In this document: positions 38,899 to 49,673 of the stretch, piece by piece
How the letters are laid out: each line of letters begins with the position of its first letter
How positions within the stretch are numbered: position 1 is the first letter of the stretch
Assembly (NCBI GenBank): GCA_963776275.1
Contig: CAVZMI010000032.1
Span: forward strand, 1-64,000
DNA: 64,000 nt
Direction of reading: 5' to 3'
Origin: Ignavibacteriota bacterium
GTDB taxonomy: Bacteria; Bacteroidota; Ignavibacteria; UBA10030; CAVZMI01
The notes under the pieces: model-generated
Seen by the model: the letters and a program-made list of their open reading frames with translations, nothing else
Told to the model about the DNA's origin: nothing
The model's database searches: none
Translations under genes and position numbers: made by a program

Positions 38899-40197
38899 CT
38901 ATACCAACCTGCAAATTATATCTCCGTACAGATCATACTCAACCGCATCCGAAATCGATACCTCATAGAATTCTCCACAGCGAGCTTCGACACCGCGACA
39001 ATATACTTCATTATCGATTTCCGGAGCATCCGATTCTGTGCGGCCGATATACCACCCCTGCTCAATCCTATCGATAAGAACGGGGAATTTCTTCCCCACC
39101 ATACTCTGATTCCGGGCTTCCGAGATATCGCGCTGGAGCTCCATGATTCGAGATAACCGTTCTTCCTTGACTTCTGATGGAACAGGATCGCCAAGTTCAT
39201 GGGCTGGAGTCCCCTCTTCATGCGAATACGAAAATACTCCAAGCCGTTCGAACCGTTCTTCGCCAACATAATTAAAAAGCTCCTCAAAATCCTCTGCTGT
39301 TTCTGTCGGGTATCCGACAATGAGCGTCGTGCGCAGCGCGATATCCGGTACCATATCACGGAACGCCTTAAGAAGTTCTCTCGTCGCCTTCTGTGTAATC
39401 CCACGGCGCATCGACCGCAGCACCCCATCCGAAATATGCTGGATCGGTATATCAATATACCGGCACAGTTTCGGCGTTCTCCCGAATATATCCAAAATCT
39501 CCATGGGGAACTTCGCCGGGTACACATACATCAGGCGAATCCATTTAATGCCATCGACTGCCGCGATTTCTTCGAGCAACTTTGCCAGCATCCTATTGCC
39601 AGTACGATCAAGACCATATGCTGTCGTATCCTGCCCGATAATGATAATTTCTTTTACTCCTCGCAATGCAAGAAGCTCGACTTCTTTTAGAATTTCTTCG
39701 ATCGGACGCGAAACAAGCCGGCCTCGCATCAGAGGAATCGAGCAGAAAGAGCAGGGATTATCGCATCCCTCCGATATCTTCAGATATGCATAATGCGTCG
39801 GTGTCGTCAATACCCGCTCACCGATCATCCCGTAGCGATAACGGCCTCCAAGCTCTTCGAGCAGAGCTGGAATTTCGTGTGTTCCAAAAAATCGGTCGAC
39901 TTCCGGTATTTCCTTCGCTAATTCCGATCTATAGCGCTCGACAAGACAACCCATCACAAGTACTTTTTTAAGCTTCTTCACATCCTTCTGACGTATTGTC
40001 TCAACAATAGTATCAATCGATTCTGCCCGTGCTGCATTAATGAATCCGCATGTATTGATGATCGCGATATCGGCGTCATCTATATTCCCGGCAAGTTCAA
40101 TACCATTAAGCCTCATCTGTCCCATCAACGTCTCGGAATCGACGACATTTTTCGGACATCCGAGTGTGATCATGCTGACTTTTGTTCGCGCCGCCAT
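38899..40197 (-). CDS. rimO: Ribosomal protein S12 methylthiotransferase
   Basis: 'LGCPKNVVDSE', 'KISEGCDNPCSFCSIP', TRAM 'APEID'. Confidence 0.94.
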   Translation of the reverse strand: MAARTKVSMITLGCPKNVVDSETLMGQMRLNGIELAGNIDDADIAIINTCGFINAARAESIDTIVETIRQKDVKKLKKVLVMGCLVERYRSELAKEIPEVDRFFGTHEIPALLEELGGRYRYGMIGERVLTTPTHYAYLKISEGCDNPCSFCSIPLMRGRLVSRPIEEILKEVELLALRGVKEIIIIGQDTTAYGLDRTGNRMLAKLLEEIAAVDGIKWIRLMYVYPAKFPMEILDIFGRTPKLCRYIDIPIQHISDGVLRSMRRGITQKATRELLKAFRDMVPDIALRTTLIVGYPTETAEDFEELFNYVGEERFERLGVFSYSHEEGTPAHELGDPVPSEVKEERLSRIMELQRDISEARNQSMVGKKFPVLIDRIEQGWYIGRTESDAPEIDNEVYCRGVEARCGEFYEVSISDAVEYDLYGDIICRLV

Positions 40198-40218
40198 ATC
40201 CCCCGATCCCCCCTTTCC

Positions 40219-41142
40219 TTATGGACGCAATACGATGCCTCCGAGATACAGGTATAAAACGGGCGATACAAATAGCAGACTATCGAACCGGTCCAGCACC
40301 CCACCATGTCCAGGAATGATGGACGATGAGTCTTTCACTCCTACATCTCTCTTCAAGAGAGATTCCACGAGGTCGCCAATTTGTCCGACAACGCCCACAA
40401 TCATCCCCATCATAAGGCTCTCACCAAGAGTAAGATACTGCAGGACTAAATACTTTGCTGCTATTGCCGCGATAACCGCTCCGGCCAACCCGCATATTGC
40501 ACCTTCCCAGGTTTTTTTCGGACTGACCCGTTCAAAGAGTTTATGACGCCCCATTGCACGGCCGCCAAAGTATGCAGCAGAATCACAAACCCAGATGACG
40601 GCGAAAATTGAGACAAGTGTCATCCCGCCCCATTGTTCGATCGTCGACGAATTATATCCGAAAAATCGTATCGCAGGAATCTCTGCATCGAACAATTCGC
40701 GAATTCCGATCAAGGTCCCAAAGAATAACGGTATGTACAGCACTCCGAATACCGTCGCTGTCAGATTCACCAAAGCAGATCCGTTTTTCCTGAATAATTC
40801 GCGGAGTAACACCCACCAGACAAAAAAAACGAGGACGATAACGATGAGATGAGCCTGGGATGGAATATATTGTCGAATCGTTTGCGCGATCCCCCCGAAT
40901 GGAGCAAGTCCGAGTATACGATCCATTTCGAATGCAAGCGTGATGATAATACCCGCTATTGCACCCTCAATCGCCAGTGGTTTCGCTCCTTTTACTTCTG
41001 CGAGGCGATACAACTCGAGCAGGGCGACCGTTTCTAATACCGCGACCATCCCCCACACCCAGAATCCGCCAATTAAACAGATAACAACAATACACGGTAT
41101 ACCGACGACCGCAACGAGTATCCGAATAAAAGTATTACTCAT
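40219..41142 (-). CDS. cdsA: Phosphatidate cytidylyltransferase
   Basis: 'DSAAYFGG', 'SPKKTWEG', 'GDLVESLLKRDVGVKDS..IPGHGGVLDRFDS'. Confidence 0.95.
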   Translation of the reverse strand: MSNTFIRILVAVVGIPCIVVICLIGGFWVWGMVAVLETVALLELYRLAEVKGAKPLAIEGAIAGIIITLAFEMDRILGLAPFGGIAQTIRQYIPSQAHLIVIVLVFFVWWVLLRELFRKNGSALVNLTATVFGVLYIPLFFGTLIGIRELFDAEIPAIRFFGYNSSTIEQWGGMTLVSIFAVIWVCDSAAYFGGRAMGRHKLFERVSPKKTWEGAICGLAGAVIAAIAAKYLVLQYLTLGESLMMGMIVGVVGQIGDLVESLLKRDVGVKDSSSIIPGHGGVLDRFDSLLFVSPVLYLYLGGIVLRP

Positions 41143-41389
41143 GAAAAGTTATTCTGACATCAGTACATTTTACTGGTTCTTTCCTCCATAGAAGAGACGG
41201 GAGTCACACTCCATGATAAGAAAAATTTTTACCTTCTGCAAGAATATTCTGGAAGAGCAGAAAGTGTGAAAAAATTACTCTAAAACGACACAATCGAAAA
41301 AATATTTTATTTAGGACAATTGATACTGATGCAAATATGAAGTATCTTTAGTCAGAAAGGACGGATGAAGTAATCATCCGAAAAAATTT

Positions 41390-43423
41390 ATGAAAAATTT
41401 TGTTAACAAGTATTTCCGGCTCTGTCCGAAAACAGGAAAATTTATGGGTATCGGACGGCTTTCCGGTTTATCGCGTTTATTATTTCCTCTTATAGGTCTA
41501 GCCGCTCTGGTGTGGATACTTATTCGTGTTATTCCAAAACCAAGCCGTTTGAGTTATCCTTGTGTCCGGACTGCTATGCCGTTCGCTTCGGGATTCATCG
41601 GCTACCTTGCGATGCTGGCGCTCTCGGCCACGGCATTTCTCAGATATAAAAAACCTCTCAGATATTATCCGGTATTTTTCATCCTTGCTTTTACTGTTTT
41701 CGGGATCACAGGTTCATATTTAATGAACAGCGATACGGAACAAAATCCAAGGTTTAAAACAATACAGCTCGAACCTAACAACCCGATTGGTGTAGCGAAA
41801 GGAATATTTCCCGGTCGTGTAGTATGGGTACATAATCCCGATGCGACAAATGAAGACTGTATTGTTGATGCACCTGGTCATGGCTGGTACATGAGTGAAA
41901 ATATGGATCAGTCCGTCGTGGATGGAATGGTTTCTTCCGCTTTGCAGAACCTGACCGGAGAGACAAGTGACAGCGCAGCGTGGAGGGCGATATTCCAGTA
42001 TCACAACACGACCCGGGGAAAAGGAGCTGTTAACTATATCCCTGGACAGAAGGTGTTTATTAAAATAAACGCAACGAGCAGCTATAGTTTTTATCCCGAT
42101 AGTTTAACACCTACTGCATATGTCTCCGAAACATCATCAGCGACTGTTCTTGCAGTTTTACGCCAGCTTGTCAATGTCGTTGGTGTTGCACAGAGCGATA
42201 TTTACATCGGCGATCCGATGAAGCATATCTATAAACACTTATACGATGTATGGCACGGAGAATTTCCGAATGTCCATTATCTCGATAATACTGGTTTCTA
42301 TACAAAACTGGGAAGAGAACAAGCAATTAAAAGTACAACTGCCGTCATACATTACTCAGATCATGGAACGATTTTACGTGCAAATGTCTGGGATCCCGGA
42401 AGAACTGGTGGAGCTCCCATCTATAATGATCACCTCTATACTATCCTTGATAGTGCTGAATATCTGATCAATATTCCAATGCTTAAGGGACACAAGCGTG
42501 CCGGAATGACGATGTTTGCAAAAAATCATTTTGGCTCACAGACACGGGGCGATGCATCTCATTTACATAACGGACTGCTTGCTCCAATGGAAATGGAGAA
42601 TAGTGCCACACGAATACGGCCCGGATACGAATTATACCGCATTCAAGTTGATATAATGTCGCATTCATTGGAAGGCAAAAAGAATCTTGTTTACTTAATG
42701 GATGCATTATGGGCTACCGATTATGAGCTCGATGTACCGATAAAATGGCAGATGGCTCCTTTCTATGATGATTATATGTCATCCGTATTTGCATCACTCG
42801 ACCCAGTTGCTATCGAATCGGTCGGTTATGATTTTCTACGTTCCGAGTTTACAGCAGAACGCAGTCCATTAGCAGGTACTTATGTGCAAATGGATGGAGT
42901 CGACGATTACCTTCATCAGGCGGCAGATTCGACAAATTGGCCAACGGGCACTAAATATGATCCGGATAGCACCGGCGTCCATATCTATAGTCTCGGCGTT
43001 CATGAACACTGGAATAATTCCGATGACAAGCAATATTCAAGGGACCTGGGAACAGGTTACGGTATCGAATTACTCCAAGTTGATACGACTACTTCTATCG
43101 CCATGGATAATCAAGGAAATCGTCCAAAAGGATATGAGCTCTATCAAAATTATCCTAATCCATTTAATCCCACTACGACGATAGCCTATTCATTACCCAA
43201 AAAATCATCGGTTGAAGTAACAATTTACGATCTGCAGGGACGTGCAATAAAGTCATTCAATTACAACTCACAATCGGCGGGGTATCAAAGAGTTGTATGG
43301 AATGGGACAAATAATTATAGCAAACATGTATCGAGCGGAATCTATATATACAGGGTACGAGCTTCATCGCTGGAAGATGGAAATATATTCGATAAGTCGG
43401 CAAAGATGATCCTGTTGAAATAA
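41390..43423 (+). CDS. DUF362-like domain protein with N-terminal TM segments and T9SS CTD
   Basis: 'GQKVFIKIN', 'YLINIPMLKGH..AGMTMFAKNHFG', 'ASLDPVAIESV'; NYPNPFNPTT CTD. Confidence 0.8.
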   Translation: MKNFVNKYFRLCPKTGKFMGIGRLSGLSRLLFPLIGLAALVWILIRVIPKPSRLSYPCVRTAMPFASGFIGYLAMLALSATAFLRYKKPLRYYPVFFILAFTVFGITGSYLMNSDTEQNPRFKTIQLEPNNPIGVAKGIFPGRVVWVHNPDATNEDCIVDAPGHGWYMSENMDQSVVDGMVSSALQNLTGETSDSAAWRAIFQYHNTTRGKGAVNYIPGQKVFIKINATSSYSFYPDSLTPTAYVSETSSATVLAVLRQLVNVVGVAQSDIYIGDPMKHIYKHLYDVWHGEFPNVHYLDNTGFYTKLGREQAIKSTTAVIHYSDHGTILRANVWDPGRTGGAPIYNDHLYTILDSAEYLINIPMLKGHKRAGMTMFAKNHFGSQTRGDASHLHNGLLAPMEMENSATRIRPGYELYRIQVDIMSHSLEGKKNLVYLMDALWATDYELDVPIKWQMAPFYDDYMSSVFASLDPVAIESVGYDFLRSEFTAERSPLAGTYVQMDGVDDYLHQAADSTNWPTGTKYDPDSTGVHIYSLGVHEHWNNSDDKQYSRDLGTGYGIELLQVDTTTSIAMDNQGNRPKGYELYQNYPNPFNPTTTIAYSLPKKSSVEVTIYDLQGRAIKSFNYNSQSAGYQRVVWNGTNNYSKHVSSGIYIYRVRASSLEDGNIFDKSAKMILLK

Positions 43424-43451
43424 TATTTCTCAAGTTAAGTCAGAATTCTTT

Positions 43452-43495
43452 GAAGCCGGAGGATATTCAATGATCCACAACCATCCTGCGGCTTC
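43452..43495 (+). terminator. Stem-loop between DUF362 gene and downstream gene
   Basis: GAAGCCGGAGGAT ... ATCCTGCGGCTTC. Confidence 0.45.
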
Positions 43496-43556
43496 AGAAT
43501 TTTGACCCGTTATCTTCCAATCTTAAAAATACAGTAATATTATCGGATGGGATCAT

Positions 43557-45185
43557 ATGCGAAAGACAATTATTCTTGCAGCTTGTTTCGTTTCTGCACT
43601 CCTTCACGCTCAAACACCGGACGTCACCATTGATACGGTTTCCAATTATAACTCGTGGGTATGGAAGGCAATCGTTATGCAGAACGGTCTCGTCACGCAC
43701 GCCACAATACCGGCTATCGGCGGCCGCGTGATGCAGTACGATTTAGGAAGCCATCCTTCAATCTTCGTCAATCCCTCATTGGACCTACTTGGAAAAACCT
43801 TCAAACCAGCTCTGAACGATAAATGGTACAATTTCGGAGGATACAAAACTTGGCCCGCACCTCAAAGTGTATGGAATTGGCCACCACCACCTACTCTTGA
43901 TTATGGTTCATATACTGCAAACAGCATGCTTCAATCGTATGATTCAGTCTCTTTAACTGTTACAAGTCCGATCGAATCGTGGCGTGCACCGAACATCCAA
44001 TTCCAACGCAGGGCAACGATATATCCCGGAACCAGCCGCGTGAAGATGGAGCAAACCATCATCAATCAAGGTGCACAACCAGTGAGCTGGAGCATGTGGA
44101 GCATCGTACAATCAATCGTCAACCATTCCGGTAAAAGCGATTACGAGAATTTCTGGGTGTACTTCCCGATTAATCCTAACAGTCGATACGGAGAAAGCGG
44201 AGTCTATTATTCAGCCGCCTCGAATTCATGGAAAGGAGAAGTTGCCCCGGGAATTTACGGTGTTCAATGTATGCCGGCCTACAGCAGCGATGTAAAAAAA
44301 ATATATTCTGATTCACACAAAGGATGGATCGCATATACCGATCGACTTGATTCCGTCGTCTATGCGAGGACGTTCGACATCTTCGAAGGGGCCGAATATC
44401 CGGACAATGGATCCCGCTCTTCGGTGTACGTAAGCCCTCGCTATACTCCCGTCTATATGGAAGTAGAAGTCACCGGTCCCATAGTCGAACTTGCAGGCGG
44501 TGGAGGAAGCTATACTTTCACAGAAAATTGGTGGGCTGCGAAGATGCGGGCACCGGTATTGGATGTAAATACCGTCGGGGCAATTGCCGGCAGATTGTCA
44601 TACGATTCGGCGACACAAACCCTTTCAGCTGTCTATGGCGTATTCCATAAAGGCACGGCAAAGGTGGTGTTCACAAGCACTGACCATCAGATTGTTGCCG
44701 AAGGAGAAGCACATGACGTCACGCCGCTCCAGGAATTTCAATTTCAGGAAACAATTGCAATTCCAGAGGGTGCGGCAACAGCCGAAATACGGGTTTACAA
44801 CTCAAATAAAGAATTGGTCGGCGTGCTGGATAGTGCAAGCGTTTCGCAGCCTGTAACCGTAATCGAGACAAAAGCACCTTCGTTAATTTCAGAGTATCGT
44901 CTTGAACCCAACTATCCCAATCCATTCAATCCCGGTACGACAATTACGTACACGCTGCCAAAAAAGTCATCGGTCGAAATCACAATCTACGATCTGCAGG
45001 GTCAAAAAATAAAATCATATACATATAATGCTCAGCCGGCAGGCTTTCAAAGAGTTATCTGGGATGGAACAACCGATCAAGGTAGTACGCTATCCAGCGG
45101 AGTATTTATATACAGGGTAAGAGCGATATCCATGGAAGATGGAAAAATTTTTGATAAGTCGGCAAAGATGATTCTACTTAAGTAA
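43557..45185 (+). CDS. Secreted DUF4380-like (mutarotase-like fold) protein with T9SS CTD
   Basis: Signal peptide; 'IGGRVM', 'NFGGYKTWPAPQS.W.WPPP', 'YMEVEVTGP'; CTD. Confidence 0.75.
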   Translation: MRKTIILAACFVSALLHAQTPDVTIDTVSNYNSWVWKAIVMQNGLVTHATIPAIGGRVMQYDLGSHPSIFVNPSLDLLGKTFKPALNDKWYNFGGYKTWPAPQSVWNWPPPPTLDYGSYTANSMLQSYDSVSLTVTSPIESWRAPNIQFQRRATIYPGTSRVKMEQTIINQGAQPVSWSMWSIVQSIVNHSGKSDYENFWVYFPINPNSRYGESGVYYSAASNSWKGEVAPGIYGVQCMPAYSSDVKKIYSDSHKGWIAYTDRLDSVVYARTFDIFEGAEYPDNGSRSSVYVSPRYTPVYMEVEVTGPIVELAGGGGSYTFTENWWAAKMRAPVLDVNTVGAIAGRLSYDSATQTLSAVYGVFHKGTAKVVFTSTDHQIVAEGEAHDVTPLQEFQFQETIAIPEGAATAEIRVYNSNKELVGVLDSASVSQPVTVIETKAPSLISEYRLEPNYPNPFNPGTTITYTLPKKSSVEITIYDLQGQKIKSYTYNAQPAGFQRVIWDGTTDQGSTLSSGVFIYRVRAISMEDGKIFDKSAKMILLK

Positions 45186-45233
45186 TTCTCCGGATACCCA
45201 AAAAACACTTTTAAAAATCCAGAGAGAATAATA

Positions 45234-46324
45234 ATGAAAACGATAATTAATATCTTCACAATGAGCCTGGCACTGTTGTTCTTTGTTCAGCAGACATTCG
45301 CACAGGATACCAAAGAAACAAAATTAAAAGAAATACGACACTGGTGGAATGAAGCTCAATTTGGAAAACGTTTTCAATATCCGGACGCCAGAAAGCTTCC
45401 ACTGATATCGGTAAAAGGAAACAGATTCGTCAATTCTCGGGGCGATACCGTCCTTTTCAGGGGAATTTCAATTTCAGATCCCGACAAGCTCGAGACGCAG
45501 GGTCATTGGAATAAAAATCATTTCATGAAAATAAAAGAAATGGGTGCGCGAATTGTCCGTATCCCCGTTCATCCGGTCGCATGGCGGGAAAGTGCCCAGA
45601 AAAATATCTCGCCCTGCTCGATCAGGCGTTGGAGTGGTGCACGGAACTGGATATGTACATCATTATCGATTGGCACACGATCGGGAATTTAAAAACGGAA
45701 CTATTTCAAAATCCGATGTACAACACAACGATGAAAGAAACGTTTGAATTCTGGCGTGCCGTCGCCGCCCGCTACGCTGGAATCAATACGATTCCCTTTT
45801 ATGAAATTTTCAACGAACCGACCTCAATTCAGAATCGACTCGGACGCATAAGCTGGGATGAATGGAAAAAGATTAATGAAGATATTATTGCCCTGATCAG
45901 ATCGTACAATAAAGAGAGCATACCATTGGTTGCACCCTTCGACTGGGCGTACGATCTCACTCCGCTGCACATTAATCCAATCGAAGCGGAAGGAATTGGA
46001 TACGTAACGCATCCTTATCCGGATAAAAGGTCGAAACCGTGGGAACCAAAGTGGGAGGAGGATTTCGGATTCGCTGCCAATCAATATCCGGTTATTGCCA
46101 CTGAATTTGGATTCATGGGGAGTCATGGAGTTGTAAATGAATACAGTGATTATGGAGATAGGATCATCAAGTATCTCGAAGAAAAGGGTATAAGCTGGGT
46201 CGCATGGATATTCGATCCGGAATGGGGCCCATCGTTGATTTCATCATGGGATACCTACAAACTGACTGAAAGCGGTGAATTTTTTAAAAAGGCAATGCAG
46301 GATACTACACACACAATTCATTAA
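45234..46324 (+). CDS. Glycoside hydrolase family 5 (frameshift near 45590)
   Basis: 'IVRIPVHP', 'YIIIDWH', 'EIFNEP' acid/base, 'HPY', 'IATEFG' nucleophile. Confidence 0.88.
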
Positions 46325-46338
46325 AATCTCCGGAGTAC

Positions 46339-47550
46339 ATGATGAAAATATTTTGTTTACTTCTCATAGTATTTCTCCCGTTCATCGCTGCAGCACAATC
46401 ACCGATTCCACCCGGTGCGAAATTAGATACTGTGGTCTCTGGACTGTCTCAACTCGAAGGACCTGTCTGGAAAGACGGACTCGGATTGCTTTTCAGCGAT
46501 ATCGCCCGGAGCAGGATATACCTGTGGTCGCCTTCCGATAGTTCGACCACAATCTACCTCTACCCTTCAGACAGTTCCAACGGTTTGACCCTGGATGCTC
46601 AGGGACTACTTATCCTCACCCAAATGCAAAAGCGCCGGGTATCACGTCAGGAATCGAACGGAACTATCACTCCCCTCGCTTCAACATTTCGTGGGAAAAA
46701 ATTTAACAGTCCGAACGACCTTGTGGTAAAATCCGATGGATCGATTTTTTTTACAGATCCCGATTTCAATATTCCGGCAGGTCAGACAAAGGAACTTAGT
46801 TTCAAGGGAGTATATAGAATAAGTCCTTCAGGTACTATTGCGCTTCTCGACAGTGTGTTTGATAAACCGAACGGTCTCTGCTTCTCGCCGGACGAGACAC
46901 AACTCTACGTCAATGAATCGCCCCAAGGGAAAATTTATGCCTGGGATGTTGTCAATGACTCAACCATTACAAACAAAAGGTTATTGTATACGATTCCGTT
47001 GGGCGGGTATTCTGACGGAATGAAAGTTGATCCTGAAGGGAATATTTACTGCACAGGACCGACCGGAGTGTGGATCATTTCACCGGACGGAGAATATCTC
47101 GATAAAATCGCCACACCGCCAAATCATAATCCATCAAACTGCGCATGGGGCGATGCTGACAGAAAAACACTCTATATCACGACAGGTAATGCCACTCCGG
47201 GTACTGGATTCATCTATCGAATCAGGCTCGCATCGGGTACAGGAATCGAAAATCATAGTTCTGTCATTCCCGACAAATTCGAGTTATATGCGAATTATCC
47301 CAATCCATTCAACCCGAACACACAGATAGAATACGGTTTGCAGAAAGCGGCCCATGTCAATCTGACTATCTACAATATTAAAGGGCAGAAAGTGGAAACA
47401 CTCGTCGATGGAGACCGTAACGCCGGAATCCACAAGCTCACCTGGAACGGCTCAAGCGTTCAAGGAAAAGAAATTGCCGGCGGTATATATCTGCTTCGGT
47501 TGCAGGCAGGCGAATCCCAGAAGATCCAAAAGTTGGTACTTTTAAAATGA
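46339..47550 (+). CDS. SMP-30/gluconolactonase family protein with T9SS CTD
   Basis: 'LEGPVW', 'FNSPNDLVVKSDGSIFFTDP', 'PNGLCFSPD', 'DGMKVD'; CTD. Confidence 0.9.
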   Translation: MMKIFCLLLIVFLPFIAAAQSPIPPGAKLDTVVSGLSQLEGPVWKDGLGLLFSDIARSRIYLWSPSDSSTTIYLYPSDSSNGLTLDAQGLLILTQMQKRRVSRQESNGTITPLASTFRGKKFNSPNDLVVKSDGSIFFTDPDFNIPAGQTKELSFKGVYRISPSGTIALLDSVFDKPNGLCFSPDETQLYVNESPQGKIYAWDVVNDSTITNKRLLYTIPLGGYSDGMKVDPEGNIYCTGPTGVWIISPDGEYLDKIATPPNHNPSNCAWGDADRKTLYITTGNATPGTGFIYRIRLASGTGIENHSSVIPDKFELYANYPNPFNPNTQIEYGLQKAAHVNLTIYNIKGQKVETLVDGDRNAGIHKLTWNGSSVQGKEIAGGIYLLRLQAGESQKIQKLVLLK

Positions 47551-47629
47551 AAAATTTTAAAATGCAATAAATATAAGGTATACTCCCGTATAGAGAAATG
47601 ACAGATAGAACAATTATCCGAGAAAACCT

Positions 47630-49600
47630 ATGAAAAATATTTTTAGTAAATATTTTCGGTTCTGTCCTAGGACCGGAAGGCCGATAGACTCCAGACCGCT
47701 TACTGGTTCATCACGTTTATTATTTCCACTCATAGGGCTAGCCGCCCTGTTGTGGATAATTATTCGTTTGGTTCCGAAACCAAGTCGTGCCGCATATCCA
47801 TGCATGCGAGCCGCAACACCGGTTGCATCATCATTTATCATCTATCTATTGGGCCTTATTTCATCGTTGGTTTTCTTTAAGAAGGCCAGGATATATCTCT
47901 ATCAATCAAGAGTTATTCTATTTTCATTATCGTTATTGCTGGCGTTGATTTTTGGTATTTTTTCCTACGTAAACACAAATCAAAAAGTATATGCGGATTC
48001 CCAGTCGGTTCTGGAAGGCCCTAACCAATCGATAGGAATCGGGAAAGGAGTCTATCCCGGACGTGTTGTCTGGGTCCATAATCCCAATGCACTTAATCAG
48101 AGTTGTACAAATACTTACGGAGATTATTGGTCGCAGGATAATAACACCCATCAAACCGTGGTAAACAATATGGTATCCGAAGCGATACAAATGTTGACCG
48201 GCAAAGGATCAGATGTAGAGGCCTGGGATGCCATCTTCCGATATTATAATCAAACTCATGCGAGAGGAGATATTGGTTATACAGCCGGAGAAAAAATTGT
48301 CATCAAGATTAATCTCAACACCGGAGTTTCAGGGAGTAATAACGTTCGAGTGAACTTTCAAACGGTTGATACATCGCCACAGATCCTCTATGCCGTTCTG
48401 GATCAACTCATCAACCGCGCTGGGGTGGCACAAGCAGACATCAGTGCAGGTGATCCGGGTCGAAATATCGACAACCTGTACTGGGACAAATGCCATCCGA
48501 TATTTCCGAATGTAAAATATTTCGGTAACGGCACCGGCCGGACTCCAATAGTACGATCAACACTACCCGAATTGATGACCAGTGACGGCCAGATGCAAAA
48601 TTATTTACCGGCCGCTTACGTGGATGCAGCCTATTTGATCAATATTCCGGTGTTCAAGCAGCATCATCGCGCCGGCATATCACTATCGAGCAAAAATCAT
48701 TTTGGAACATTGCTCCCCTACCTGAGTGGCGGCAGCGCTTTCCCTGCCCATTACAGTCTTCCATGTACACAGGGAAATGGCAATGTTGATAACGGCGGGT
48801 ATGGTAAGTATCGTATTTTTGTCGATTTTATTGGGCATAAAGATCTCGGAGGAAAAACAATTCTCTACCTCTTTGATGCATTATGGAGTTCGACGAACTA
48901 CGGTGATCCGCCTTGGAGGTGGAGAACGTCTCCCTTTAATACAAATTACCCTGCATCGGTATTTGCTTCACAAGACCCTGTGGCAATAGAATCAGTTGGT
49001 TTCGATTTTCTCCATAATGAGTTTTATGCAGGCAACCCAAGTGGGAATGCCTTTCCACAATATTCGGGTGTCGATGATTTCTTGCATCAGGCAGCCGATT
49101 CGCTGAATTGGCCGGCCACGATCAAATACGATCCGGAAGGTGACGGTACTTACCTGCCCCGAAGTATGGGTGTCCATGAACACTGGAATAATGCCGCCGA
49201 TAAAAAATATACAAGGAATCTTGGAACAGGCGAAGGTATCGACTTGATAGAAGTAGAACATCCTTCCGATATCAATACAGGTGATAACGCCAATCATCTG
49301 AATGAATATTTTCAACTCTACACAAATTATCCCAACCCATTCAATCCCGGCACAACGATAGTTTATACGTTACCCAAACAATCATCCGTTGAAGTGACGA
49401 TTTACGATTTGGAGGGACATGCAGCAAGAACATATACATTTAACGCACAATCGGCTGGTTATCAAAAAGTCGTGTGGGATGGAATAAATGATCTTGGTAG
49501 ACCGGCATCCAGCGGAGTATATATGTACAGAGTGAGAGCCACCTCGCTGGAGGATGGAAAAATATTTGATAAATCGAAGAAAATGGTCTTGCTTAAATAG
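47630..49600 (+). CDS. DUF362-like domain protein with T9SS CTD (paralogue of 41390-43423)
   Basis: Same architecture: 'LINIPVFKQHHRAGISLSSKNHFG', 'ASQDPVAIESVGFDFL', 'GVHEHWNN'. Confidence 0.8.
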   Translation: MKNIFSKYFRFCPRTGRPIDSRPLTGSSRLLFPLIGLAALLWIIIRLVPKPSRAAYPCMRAATPVASSFIIYLLGLISSLVFFKKARIYLYQSRVILFSLSLLLALIFGIFSYVNTNQKVYADSQSVLEGPNQSIGIGKGVYPGRVVWVHNPNALNQSCTNTYGDYWSQDNNTHQTVVNNMVSEAIQMLTGKGSDVEAWDAIFRYYNQTHARGDIGYTAGEKIVIKINLNTGVSGSNNVRVNFQTVDTSPQILYAVLDQLINRAGVAQADISAGDPGRNIDNLYWDKCHPIFPNVKYFGNGTGRTPIVRSTLPELMTSDGQMQNYLPAAYVDAAYLINIPVFKQHHRAGISLSSKNHFGTLLPYLSGGSAFPAHYSLPCTQGNGNVDNGGYGKYRIFVDFIGHKDLGGKTILYLFDALWSSTNYGDPPWRWRTSPFNTNYPASVFASQDPVAIESVGFDFLHNEFYAGNPSGNAFPQYSGVDDFLHQAADSLNWPATIKYDPEGDGTYLPRSMGVHEHWNNAADKKYTRNLGTGEGIDLIEVEHPSDINTGDNANHLNEYFQLYTNYPNPFNPGTTIVYTLPKQSSVEVTIYDLEGHAARTYTFNAQSAGYQKVVWDGINDLGRPASSGVYMYRVRATSLEDGKIFDKSKKMVLLK

Positions 49601-49619
49601 GATGATGTGATTTTCATAG

Positions 49620-49646
49620 CCGGACGGGTGAAGTTGTACCGTCCGG
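49620..49646. terminator. Hairpin between convergent genes
   Basis: CCGGACGG ... CCGTCCGG. Confidence 0.5.
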
Positions 49647-49673
49647 GTAATGGCGAATCGTTCCGGCCAAAAC

